Positions 50,159-62,740 of a stretch of 64,000 nucleotides of DNA are shown in pieces. The notes below the pieces were generated by a model. The model was not told where the DNA came from. It saw only the letters and a list, made by a program, of their open reading frames with translations, and ran no database searches. The stretch is taken from the NCBI GenBank assembly GCA_010909165.1, contig VJWM01000103.1, forward strand, positions 186,001-250,000. The letters are read 5' to 3'. Made by a program: the position numbers and the translations under genes. The stretch's first letter is position 1; each line of letters opens with the position of its first letter. The stretch comes from Anthoceros angustus. Its lineage: Eukaryota; Plantae; Anthocerotophyta.

Positions 50159-52980
50159 TACATTGACGATGTGCTTGTCCACAGCGTGGACTTTGAGTCA
50201 CATCTGGTCCATTTGGAGGACCTGTTTCAGCGATTGAGGAAGGCACAGCTGACATGCCACCCGGCTAAGTGTGAATTCGGCAATGATATCGTTGCGTATC
50301 TTGGACACCGAATCGTGCCCAAAGGGGTGATGCCACACTCAGCCAAGGTGCAGGCCATCTTGCAGGTCAAGGAGCCTACAAATGTGTCGGCGCGGCGGGC
50401 CTTCTTGGGACTATGTAATTACTACCGAGTCTACATCCAAGGTTTTAGCTGGATTGCCAAGCCCCTCAACGACTTGCTACGCAAGGACGCCATTTGAGCT
50501 GGACAGAGGACAAACAGCAGGCCTTGATTTCTTTGAAGGCTCGGTGGCCAAGCTCTGTCATGGCTAGGCCTGATTTTGAGAAGCCGTTAAATCGTGCACA
50601 CCGACTGGAGCATTTTGGGGCTTGGAGCCGTGTTGGCTCAGCTAGATGAGGAAGGACAGGAGAGGGTGATTGCCTATGCCTCTCGCAGCAACAATCGGGC
50701 TGAAGCAAATTACAGCAGTTACCAAGGGGAATGCTTAGCGGCCGTGTGGGCAGTTTGCCATTTCCGGCCCTACCTCTATGGTAAACCCTTCACGCTAGTC
50801 ACTGACCATCAGCCTCTCAAGTGGCTGATGACCAACACCAAGCTCAGCGGGAAGCTGGCCAGGTGGGCCATGATTCTGCAAGATTATGAGTTTCAAGTTG
50901 TCCACCGCCGGAATCAAACACCAGAATGCCGACACGCTGTCCCGAATCCCAGTGACAGTTGTGAGGATGCAACTGAAGCAAGGCAAGATGCTGATCCCAG
51001 CGGATGCAAGCTGATGGTTTGGCAGAGCGGATGGTTCAGACCATCAAGAAGGCTCGAGTCATTGGACAGCTGGAGGTGGTGGTGGAGACAAACGGCCCAA
51101 GGATGTGGGAGGATTCCAACTTGCTGACCTTCTTGCAGACTAGATAGTTGAATCCGACCATGGATGCAAGCTGATGGTTTGGCAGAGCGACCACCTCTCT
51201 ACTACTGGCGAGATGGTCTGCTACGAAGTCGCCAAATGGAGTGGAGCGTCTTGTCCCACCGCCGGCTGACTGGGAGCAGCTGATCCATCGAGTGCACAAC
51301 GACATGGGGCACTTTTGGAGTCAAGCGCACTTACAGCATGTTGGTGCCTCATTTCTATTGGTACGGTATGCATGCTCAAAGTCAAGCAACAGGTGGCCTG
51401 CTGTGAGGAATGTGACAGGGTGAAGACGTCCTTCACCATGCAGCACCCCCAACTCCACCCATTGCCGATCATGGGGCTGTTTTCAGATGGTCGTGTGATT
51501 TGATCGGGAGTTACCCAGAACACCCGGGAATGTATACATCCTTGTCATGATGGAGCATTTTTCCAAGTGGGTAGAGGTGGTGGTGCTGCCCGACAAGACC
51601 ACGTGTAGCACAGCGCAAGCCTTCCTACAAAATGTGCTGGGACGATTCGGCAGTTGCGCCGAGTGTTTGACAGACCAAGGTTCAGAGTTCAGGGGGGAGT
51701 TTTAGGATCTGCTGGACGCAGCCCTCATTGATCACCGCCGCACCAGTCGGGACCACCCTCAAGCTGATGGTTTGGCAAAGCGGACGGTTCAGACCATCAA
51801 GAAGGGCTCAGGAAACTCTGTCTACAGTTGCCCAAGACCGAGTGGGATCTGTCACTCCCATATATTGCCATGGGATACCGCATGAGCAAGCATGCCATGC
51901 TCGCTCACTTTAGCCCCTACTTTCTGCTGTTTGGAAGGGAGCCACTGCCCCCTAGTTCCATTGCCAAGCAAATGTACAAGGTGGTGGACTTGGATGACCC
52001 AGCAGTGTGGGCTCGAGTCATTGGACAGCGGGCTGCTCTCTTTTGCCAAGCAATGCCTATGGCCATGGCCAATTTGCGCATTGCTCAGCATCGAGACACC
52101 CTCCGCTATGCCCACACTCGAAGTGGTAGTTTTCGCCCCAAGCTAAAGAGATTTCAGGTGGGGACTTCATCTACTTACAGCGGCAAACCCAGGATACCTT
52201 GGACACCACCAGCAGCCGGCATGTGCTACGGGTCAAGGAGGTTAGACCCAATGGGGTCCTGTTGTTGCAAGGAGCTGATGGGCGCACAACCACCGACCAC
52301 ATGAAGAATTGTGCGCCCTGCCACCTCCCAAATCTTGATCCCACCATTGTCACCGCCGATTGGATTCCTCCAGCAGATTACCCATGTCAAGTATGCCAGC
52401 GCGTCGATGATTCAGACTTGATCTTTGTGCGATGGCTGTAACGGAGGATACCATCTGTCGCTTGACTCCACCTGTCCGAGGTGCCCGACTAGTTGTGGTA
52501 CTGCCCCGTTGTGCGTCAACACACACTACAGTGGGCACTTATCATCCAGACTCAAACAGTGGGGAGGGAGGGGGAACAAGAGAACTACATTTTCATCTGG
52601 GACTAGCACAATTAGCGTCCATGGTGAGAAGGAGAACCTCAGCGGTGCTAATGTGGTGACAGGCAGCCATCCTCGGACAGTCCCAAGTGCGGATACTGGC
52701 CGGGGCAGTCCCAAGCCTGACAGCCGGGGCAGTCCCAAGTGCGGATACTGGGACAGTCCCAAGCCACAGCGTAAGCAGTCCAGTACCAAGCATACTCGGG
52801 ACACCTTGACCTCATACGACTATCGTGCAAACAACAGCTTAGAGTCGGCGGATGTGGTGACTAAAGATGGGCTCGATCCGGCGTCCGGGACTCTCGATCC
52901 GGCGTCCGGGACTCTCCCGATCCGGCGTCCGGGACTCACTCAGGCCCAACGTCCCAGGACACTCTCAGTCCCAGCAACTT
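50095..52980 (+). mobile_element. Degenerate Ty3/gypsy pol: RT, RNase H, integrase and C-terminal PHD finger
   Basis: CYIDDVLVHS, KCEFG...YLGH, FLGLCNYYR, HTDWS..GLGAVL, IAYASR, TDHQPLKWL, H...GH...CEECDR, FSKWVE, TDQGSEF, HPQADG, then CxxC...CDGC..GYH..C...WYCPxC at 52385-52512; many frameshifts. Confidence 0.9.
52676..52940. repeat. Short tandem repeats in the retroelement 3' region
   Basis: cagtcccaag-containing units (52676-52770) and gatccggcgtccgggactctc x3 (about 52876-52940). Confidence 0.85.
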
Positions 52981-53789
52981 GAGGTTGTCTTAGGACCTAC
53001 TTCTTACTTACCTTAGCCTTATTTTCCTTTTGTTGAGATAGGCTAGGGGTAGTTGCTTGAAGGGTATATATATATATTTGACCAACCAAACTAACACATT
53101 TACATTAGTTTTCAGGTGTGTTTAGGTAGTGTTGGTTTCATTAACAACACGTAGGAGTTGACTTAGGTTAGCCATAGGTGTACCCTAGAACTCCTGCAGG
53201 TGAAGGACGCCCATGATGACTCACACCAAGGGTGCTGAGGCCGTAGGAATCATGGGAAAGCAAGGGACCAACTGCCAAGTGAATCTGAGCGTGAAGATTG
53301 AGATGGGCTGGACAAAAGGAGGCGCCCATTGTAGGTGTTGTTGAAGTCGTGCACGAGGCCCGTAAGGAGAAAGAAGCATTGTAATTTATGGGAATTTTGG
53401 TGTGTGGAATGTGTTGATGTTTTCCTTGGGATCGAACTTGGGAGGCGATCCGCATCGTGGGCGCAATTTCCGGACCGCCCGGCCTACCGTGTGAGGCCCG
53501 CTACATCCAAGCGGCGATGCAATTCAACGTGAGCGATTTTTGAACAAGAGACCAACAGTGTTTCTCAGCATAGGGGTTTGTCTTCTTACGGAGATCTCAG
53601 ATAACTCAACGTGACTGAGAGGGAGAGTTAGAATAGTGCAGACTGCGTTGGTTAAGGTCGACTAGACCAGACCCAATGTGGATTAGTCAAACTAGACTCC
53701 GCTAGTTGGTAGTTAGTTAACTAGCAGGCTAGTGAAAGGACACACCCCCTTGTAACCATCCTTTATAAGCCCACCTATGAACCAAACAT

Positions 53790-55478
53790 ATTCATTGTTA
53801 ATAAAGCATCTGCTTGATACAAGACGCTTCCGCATATGCATCTCTAACTGGTTTTGTTGCTACAAAAGTTTGATTATGATGTGGAAACAAGGCCAGGGAA
53901 GCAGCATCAGAATGCTGATTTTGTTTCTCGCCTTGAGGCCACAAACGACCGATTTCCTGACGAGGAGTTGGTCGGCGTAGCCCAGATCGGAAGGGGAGGA
54001 TATGAGCACGGTGTAGCTGGCCTAGGTGCATAGCAGGACTTGTTGCCAGGCAGAGAGAAATGGCTGGCGGGGAGTGTTGAGCAGAAATGTTGCGTGACGA
54101 TTTGGAAATACGAAGGAGGACAAAAGCACGCTAGCATGAGCACGAGGAGAAGGCTAGAGTACTCCTCGAGGGTGAGCAGTCAGGAGGGCTGCAAGTGGAG
54201 GCCACGTCGTTGGCAATAGTGGCAGGAGAAACAAGGGAGAAACCGCCGTTTGCAAGAAAAGGGGCGAACCCACCAAATTGGTGTGCTAAGGAGTTGTGTG
54301 CGCTAGAGCTTGGAGGGGGAGATGGCTCTAGAGCAGCGTGTACGGAGGAGAATGGTGCAGAAACCCCTTCCCAGAGTGAACTTGCAGAAGAAACTTTCGT
54401 GGGTGACGTCGAAACCACCATCACGAAAGTGCAGCAAAGTGAGGATATTACCATGGAAGCGCGGTCTGGACTTGGTCATGTGACTAAGAAGAAAGGAGAT
54501 GAAGAAACAAGGGCGCCCTCGCAAAGGGAGCATGCCAACGGGTTGCAAGCACGATTACCTGCAGCTTCGGCAAGGCAAGGAGAAATTGGTTTTATGAACG
54601 AGGTGGAACATGAGACTGCATCCATGACGTCTGTGTCTGGTAGTAGTCGATCTAGAAGGAGGCGGCATGGTGTGTTTGGGAGGAGGAGATTAGAACGCGA
54701 GGGACTCCCCTGTCCCCCTTATCTGTTGAATGGTGAGGTACGAAAATTCTTAGAGTATGGAGTCATGCCGGATGGTCTGTCTAGAGAGGGGCACGCTGTT
54801 TTTCTTCACAAGGCAGCCCCTTATTGTCTATGAGATGGGGTCTTGTACAAGCTTGGTCCGAACGAGAAGATTTGACGATGTTTAGAAGGGAGAGAAGCTT
54901 CTCTTGTCACAGAAGCTTTGCATGCAGAAGAGGCTGGAGGACACTACTCGATGCAAATTACTCTGAAGAAGGTTATGGATGCAGGCTTCTCGTGGGCTAC
55001 GATGCAGAGGGATATGTGGGATTTTATTCGGAGGTGTGATGCGTGCCAGCGGGTTGGAAGGCCTACTTTGTCGACGCAATGGCCTCTCACTTACATCCTA
55101 CCATTGGCACCGTTCGAGAAGTGGGGCATACATTTTGTGGGTCCAATCAAGCCACCCACAAAATGGACAAGGAAACAATATATCTTGGTGGCAACGGATT
55201 ATTGTACTAAGATGGTAGAGGCTGAAGCAACAAGGAAGGACATCGCACCAGCAGTAGCAAAGTTTCTCTTTGAGAACATTATAACGCGGTATGGATGTCC
55301 TTTAGAATTGGTCAGTGACAGAGGAACTCATTTCCTCAACTTAGTGATTGAGACCCTTACCACCTACTTCAACATTCGGCATCTAAAGACAACTCCTTAC
55401 AATCCCAAAGCGAATGGTTTGATGGAAAAAACGATTGGACTGTTGTGTACAATCTTGACCAAGGTATCGGAAGAGTGA
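53790..55478 (+). mobile_element. Second Ty3/gypsy remnant (RNase H end, long linker, integrase)
   Basis: LLQKFDYDVETRPGKQHQNADFVSRL; H...GGH...CDACQR zinc finger; PFEKWGI.FVGP, VATDYCTKMVEA, RYGCPLELVSDRGTHF, TTPYNPKANG; truncated. Confidence 0.88.
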
Positions 55479-56867
55479 GCGCCAGAGAGCAGGATGTCAA
55501 AGTGCAAGGGAGCGAGAAAACTGCAAAGATACGAAAGTCGGGTAACGCTTCCTCCTCCTAGTTGCGCAGTGAGCTGTCATTGCTGGAACATGTCCTTTGC
55601 GTCCAGTCACCGGGCCCACTGTGATCTTACATCTTCCTTACGCCCGCCGCTTGGTACATCCCGGGGTTGTGAACGCCGCCCTATTACTACTTTTATCGGG
55701 TTCTTGCAAGTCTATGGCCCTGACCGTCTGCTTGTTAGGTTGGCCCCCCGCTGTCTTCCACATGTCCATCTTTCCTCAATTATCCATTCCTCCAGGCTTA
55801 CCTTTCTCACTGCCACCGAAGCTCCTCCGGACTTACCCTAGTCCATTCCCAACAGAGTTGTCGTCGCGCCGGCGGAGTTTGGCCCAATAGGGCCTTATTG
55901 TCCAAGCTTTCCCCCTATTTAGCGCACCAAACTACACAAAAAAAAACCACCATGAATCAACTCGGGGGAGGTCGAAGCATAACATCTCTCCTCTACACAG
56001 TGCTCGAATGAAATCTAGCGATGCGGTGCTACACATTCTTGAAACAAGGCCTTTGGACAAATCAATACTAGGATGGGGTGCCATCCATTCCATATTTCAT
56101 GGCTTTTGGACAGATCTAGGATGGGGTGCCACCCATTCACGAACAAAGTAAATGTCCTAAATTATTAGTCTTTGTAAAACTAAAATTGAAGTATTGAAAT
56201 TTATCTTGTTGAAGGCTGAAAATAAAATGTCTCCTCTACCGAAATCTCAAAGCAACCGGAGCTGCGTCAGAAACCCCGACAAAAGACAGCTCGTGGAAAG
56301 AATCGGCATCTTTTTTCCGCGCGCTCTCGCGAGATATGAGGTACGTACATACGTCGCACGATTTCCTCGAGTGCATAGGTGAAGCATTACCCCTCTCCCT
56401 CTGAAGACAGGTGGCCCGTAAAGCTCCAAGGCCCAACTGCCCCCAACACTCCTAGCCGGCGTCTCCACCCCGCTGGCCCAGAAGACTGGTTCCCAAACCA
56501 GGGGGACAGGCTGGGTTGTAGCTGGCAAGTTGCACAGGGCCTGAAGCTCCTCAAGAGGTGCAGACATGGATTTCGCGGCTATGCTCTCGCCTTTGCGAGA
56601 CTGGTGTGGTTCCCGTCAAACGCACGGCATTGCCCTGGCAGGCACTGTGCAGTGTGCTAGCTACGAGTAACCGATACATCCAGGGAACAGCGCACACTGG
56701 GTGCTACTCCTCTCTGGCTTTGCACATTGCCTCTCGATACTCCGACTCAGTTGGATATCCACAGCTGCATACATCACTAGGTCACTGGAAAACCTAAACT
56801 TGCGATAGATGCATACTCAGTCCATTCAATTCTGGGACATTGCTGATCTCACGTCCGACCACTCTTG

Positions 56868-57988
56868 CTAGGTTTTAGCTGGCTGCAAAGTCTTGCAATC
56901 TCCTGCTGGAATGGTGCAGCTTGGGAAATCTGAGGGACTGCTCTCCACGACCTCCCACCAACCGTAAACATTAATCTCGCACGAGAGCTGCCGCGTTGCC
57001 CACTCAATCTCACCTATATACAGCTTGGCATCGTTAGCCACCGCCGTGTAGCCTGTGTCGGTTGTGTGGAGCAAGCTTTGCAGAGTGCTGGCATTAGCCA
57101 TGTGGAGCTCTGAGGTTAGCTGTGTATCAAATCCTGGCAATCCTTCCTCCGTGGTGAGGATGTGGATTTGACGGGAGCAGACGAGCGGTCCACCAAAATA
57201 CGTTGCCGAAGAGAGGAAAGCCTCCTGCGCATCCAGGCTCAGATAGCTCGCCCCGGCCGCGGCCAAGACAGCCCGCACCGCGTCCGAGGCCACGGTCCTG
57301 GCCATGGCCGGGGGCAAAGCCTTGTTGAGGATCAAACCCCGCAGCGTGGAATTGTCCTCATCTGACCGCCCGAAGAGCAGGACGACAGCCTTGCTGTAGA
57401 CAGGGTGCCGATCTAGCTTGCTGGTGGCCACTAGCAGCCGTCCGGCCATGGGAGCGATCTGAACCCTAGCCGCGCCTCCGACGTCCGTGTCTTCACCGAT
57501 CGTGATCCCGTCACGGGCGTCAGGTCCTCCTGGCACCACCTCAGAGACTGCCTCCGGCACCACAGTGCCACCCAGCGGCTCAGTCCGCAGCCTGGCCGCC
57601 CGGGCAAGATCGTCCCAGCCCTCCCTATCCGAAGGCCACTCCGCTGGTATCATGCAAGTGGCCGCACCGCGCCGCTGTTCCTTCCCAGCCCCTGGCCAAC
57701 CGAAGCCTAGCAGGAATCGGAGTCCGCATCCGCACAAACATGTCAACAGTCTGAATGGTGTCACACATCCTTCCCTTGCAAGAAACGCACTTCGAACTCA
57801 CCAGGCGTCCTACAACATGATCCCGCCAATTGCAACTGCCCTGAGGCACCAAACAGCGCGGATTTCTTCAAGGCCAGCCGGCAGGTTACACTTCTGCTGC
57901 TCTCTTCCATGCTATTCCCGACGCGGCATGCTCCATCAATAAGCTCGGCAACCTTAAGGGCCCCCTGTACTGCGGAGCGGGCTGCCAT
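56868..57988 (-). CDS. DUF179 (YqgE/AlgH-like) domain protein; probably 2 exons
   Basis: Exons 57988-57802 and 57717-56868 (84-nt phase-1 intron). GRLLVAT, YSKAVVLL, GLILNK, YFGGPL, LYIGEIEWATRQLSCEI..GWW. Confidence 0.75.
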
Positions 57989-59014
57989 GTCTCCTGCGCT
58001 TGCCGACCCTGATTTGCCCCTGAATCATCTTTATGCATCTCGTTCTTCGCCTGTGTAACGTGAAACAGTGGATTCCGCTAGCAACCAGGCGCTACCCCAT
58101 TTGCACAGACACCAGGAATCCCGGCCAGAACCGCGCGCCATCAAATTTTTTTGTTTTTTTCTGCTTGTTAATAAAACAAAGAAGGATCGATCGATCGATC
58201 GATCCCGAGAAGGAAAAAGGGTTCACGGGTTGATGCGACGGAACCACACGAGCCCCGTCCAACAAGTCATACCGGCGGACTAGCGTCGCGTGAATGTCGT
58301 AACTGCCACCGAGCCAGCAACGACAGCGAAGGTAGGAACGGCCAGCTTCGGCAGTGCTGCCACTGGCCACTGTCTGAACCGCGGCAACATCTGATGAGGG
58401 TCGTGGCTCCAGAATACCGGATGCTGCCAATTTGGTTGAATGCGTTTTGAAACGCGGTATGTATGCAGGATGCGCGACAGGATTCAACTGGATTGGTGCT
58501 TCGCAACATGTAGCCCAGCAGGATTGAAAAGGGAAGAGGAGAGGCTAGCATCCGGGAAATTAGGAGCACACTTCTCTGGCGTCGAGATGCGTGTTGCCAG
58601 ATATGTCGGGCTTCTTTGAACTTCAACCTAAAAGACCAGAAGAAGGTTGTGGTGTCCATTCTGGATTTGGCTGGAGCGTTCCTGAGCCTGAACGCGGGGT
58701 GGAGGCTGCACTCCTCCTGTAGGCTGTGAATTCTTGAAAGAGTCTATTGTATGGCGGCAGTACCTACAGGTGACAGGTATTGGTCTTCAATTCCACACCG
58801 CTTCGGCTCTCCATTCTTCCCCAGGGCTGAGAAATTCCGTTCTCAAGGGATTTCGACCTTGAGTGCGACAAAGAAACCGATTGTCGTCGCTTTACGGTGA
58901 GCCACTTTGCTATTGAAATCCTGTTTCTTGCGCTGTTTCCTCGTCATTCGGAAATGAGCAGACATAGGTTCATCCCTGTGTTGGCCTCTGAGGAGTGCAG
59001 TCTTCTTCTCGTTA

Positions 59015-62000
59015 GTGATTGTGGCAGATTGGTGGCCATTTGCTTCAGAGCTGGCTTCATCTACCATCAGTCCCATCGTTGGCAAGGGGCTATGCCACTC
59101 CCAAGATGAGATCTGGACAAGGATCTTGATGTTACGGCTGCAAGGAAGAAGACGCAATATTGTTCGCTCAGTTCCCAGGGTTTGCATCAACTGGAAGTAA
59201 CTGTTTCACAAGTCGTTCACACTTCCTTCAGGAGATTTCAAGGCAAAAGGATGACAAACGTACTTCCAAGGAGGTTAAGAGAGCTCGAGTCTTCAGCTCA
59301 ATTTCAGAGAGAGTATGACTTTCACGCAGCACACTTTGAGAGACGCCTAAACCATGTGTACAGCACTGCAGCTTTTGCTTGCTGTCGAAGGCACTCTTGT
59401 AACTCTGTGCAACCTCTCGTTTCGGAACAGCTATGTTTCTGAACCCTAGCTTTACCTTCCCTGTAGCAAGGATTCGCGCGCTCTCATCGATAAAAGGCAA
59501 GAACTGAAGAGAGACCGTGAAAGGCAAAGCGGGACTCAGTTTAGGCGCATTTTATTGGACCTTAAACAAGCTCAAGAAGAAGCCTCGGCAACAAAGCAGC
59601 GCACAATGAAACTCCTCAAGTTTGTCGGGGATGCGATCGGCCTACATGACGATGAACTACCAGTTGAGAAAAACAGGAGTTTGGACAGCACTATTATTTC
59701 CCTGGACAAGTCCGTTTCCACGTCTGAACTACTCACCAACGTTAGATTTTGTCTAGTCACAGGGGGAGAACACACGCGGCAATGGCAGCAATTGCAACAA
59801 GAAAGATGGCTATTCACCTCTACGTCCTGATGCAGGAAGTCGGCAAGCCAAGAGGTACACTGGAGACCTCGTTGTCCACAATCGATTCCTGTATCTCGGA
59901 CAAATTTGCATCCATGAATCTGAACACTCTTGCTCATGAAGATGCACACATTTCTCTCAGCAGGGAGAAAGCATCAAAAGGGGAGGTCGTTGGGGTGGGC
60001 AGCTTGCCCACGCCTGGTCGCTCCAGTCCTAGTATCTCAACCAATGTTTCGCCCCCTTCGACATCTCGGTGTTCGAGTGTAAGCAGTTCCAGAAGATTGA
60101 AGAAACGAGCTTCGGCTGTGGCAAAACGAGGTGAGCGTAGCTGTCCACTACTTTGAACTGATCCGCAACGTAGATTTGCACAGCGCTGACAAATTCCTCC
60201 ACTTTCCCGTGCGAAGCCGCAGAGAGTGCACCCCTAGATTCGGCAAAAGAAACACTGCCTTATGACGTGCCAGACCCACGGCCACCAGTAAGGCTTGATG
60301 ATGCAAAAGAGCAGTCACAGGATAAACAAGCTGGATGGTGTAAGAGTGAAGCCTCGTCAAGACATGAGGTTCTGGGCGAGGTGACCCTCAACACCGAGCA
60401 GGCCCGCCCTAAAAGTGAGGCATCGCTAAGGGATGAGTTCAACGCTCAGATGGCCTCTTTTGGTAAGAAAGGAACGAATCTGAAGCTTTCCAGACCTGCA
60501 ACCATTAGCAACCCGACCTGCACTCGTCAACCGTTAGCCAACAGTGTGGACATCGAGAAGACGAAAGGTGGAGGAGGTAAATCCAACAAGGAGGTTGATG
60601 CAAAACCCTATACAGCCAGTGTACTCCGCCTCTACAATTTGGAAGACAGTGCCGACAAGCCTGACGGCTCGAAATGGCCCTCACTTTCTGACAGTGAAGA
60701 AAGCAGAAGGCTCCAAGAGACTCAAAAGCTGCTTGAAAAAATTCCAAGTTTGTTCGAGCAGGAAATGGACAGGACGAGGGATGGTCAGGTGAAAACACCG
60801 AAAAGGAAAGGCAGCGTGAAATTCCGGGAGGTTGATGTCCGAACTGGCGATGGTGAACTTCAGGCTCGGGTAATGCTACACACATTATTCATAAATGCCA
60901 GGCTGCTGGAGAGTCTGCTCATGAATGAATGTCTGCAGGCACTAAGAGTAGTGCACATGACCAGGATTTGCAGGCTGCGGCATCTGACACTCCCACTGTG
61001 TTCGTGAAGAGCCAATTTGAGATCCAAAGGGAGATCCTTGAGGCAAAGAGAGCAGAGCTCAGCCGGATGAGCTCTAAGGAAAAACAGGGCGTGCTGACAA
61101 CCATCACCAACACCATGTTTCTTTGGGACGACAAGATTGTGCCCTTCTCCAGCTGGCAGAAATACCAGATGGAGATCCTCTTTTCCGTATTAAACTCGGC
61201 AAAGGAGAGCCAGATTGAGCTGTTCGAGACTCTGGACAAGGAGAAGGGAATCTCAAGGCCTCTGGCATGCTGTGGCGCGGTGTGCGAACTGGTCATGGCG
61301 TACCCTTCGGAAGAGATTATCCCACTCAGATTCGTGCAAGAGTGTCTGGTGCCAGAGCGCTCAGGTGAGCTCATTCAGGCAGGAGGTGCAGATATTAGGT
61401 TAGCATTTCACCAGGATGTGGCAGCGCTGCAGTTCTGGAAGAGCTTCATTCACCACGTGGTTTCCATAGTGGACCAACGCCTCACCACGACAGATGAGGC
61501 AGCCTGTGTTTTCACCGACATCTTTCTCCGGAATTTGTGGATGGAAAACATGTCACCTCGAGGGATGCAGGATGCACACGATAACCTGAAGAAGTATTTG
61601 CGAACAGTTTTCAAAGGTAGGAAAGAGGATGGGCAGCATACGCTTCCCGTGTCGGACAGTGGAGCTGTGTGGAACAATAATCCAAGCCCCGGTCAGGGTA
61701 ACAAGGAGCAGGGCACACGGATCAGTGTGCGACATAACTTCAAGCATAGTAGCCTGGGAGAAACCAATCTGAGGCTACTGAAATGTAGACTGCAAGAAGC
61801 CGCAGGACACTGTCAAATGGAGTGTGGATCAAAAAGGTCTGCCCGATGCTTCAAGAAGGGCTTTCTGTCATCTGTAGGCAACATCATGTTCTTTCCTGTC
61901 AAGCTATGGCGCAGGAGAGCACAAGCTAAAGCCCTTCGAGAGCAGACTATCATCCCGTTCCCAACCAAAGTGGTAAGGCTAGCCCGTGACATCAGCAGGC

Positions 62001-62077
62001 TGTCTCTTCTTTGCTGATCCCCACTAAGGACAATCGGTACTTACTCCTTACCCACACAATACTTACAGGTCGAGTGA
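59015..62077 (+). CDS. Unrecognised multi-exon protein-coding gene (5' boundary uncertain)
   Basis: Phase-consistent junctions 60130/60274, 60869/60974 and 61972/62069 (ending VE-stop at 62077); long open exons of 596 and 999 nt; additional upstream ORF pieces at 59015-59830. Confidence 0.6.
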
Positions 62078-62740
62078 TGAGAGCAACGAGCGTGCAGTTT
62101 ATCGTCCGGACGGCTTCCTGCCCGCGGCTGTTGTCGCATTCGGCGATGTGGCGACTTGATGGAGTTTTCGACATGCGCCAGATCAGGATTACTGGAGCAC
62201 TTTTTGGACATCTCTCAGATCAGTTGCCAAATTGCCATTTGCCTGGCTTTCCAGGCCGAGCCTCAACAGCTCAAGCTTTACGACGAACCTTCTAAGCCTT
62301 GGAAGAACCTCACAATCGAGAAAATGGCGGCCTCTAATAAGTTCTCCCTCGGCACCAGGCCTATTACTGTTCACATATCTTACTGTGCAAGCGTTGCTGC
62401 GATGTTGCAACTGGCCGAGTTGTTGTCAGCTTCGTTAGTGTCGATGTCCTGGAGATCACCGCCTTCTGCCTAAAATATCCATGGTGACCTTTCAGGTTCC
62501 ATTCCTCAGTCCAACTGCTGCAAGCCTGTGGGTGCATTTGGACATTGATATCGTGGTTCCAACACGGATTGCTTAACAATCCATCTCGATAGCACATCAG
62601 TGCAGGCACAGGTGGTTATTAGATGATGCAGAACTTGAGAGTGAGTTTCCTGCAGTACTCTTAGGTGAAGGTGCAGGGGGAGGCCCTGCACAGCTCATGC
62701 AGATCTGACCTTCGTAGATTTGGTGTGAGCTGGGGTTCAT

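Noticed and set aside
52986-53150. Candidate 3' LTR of the PHD-gypsy element
   Set aside because: Starts with TG and is AT-rich, but no matching 5' LTR, clear PPT or TSD is present in the window.
58267-58659. 130-aa minus-strand ORF
   Set aside because: No motif or splice support; the opposite strand has equally plausible exon-like frames.
62156-62473. 105-aa ORF as a further exon of the orphan gene
   Set aside because: The nearest in-phase acceptor (62068) gives a stop after two codons; an alternative acceptor cannot be excluded but is unsupported.
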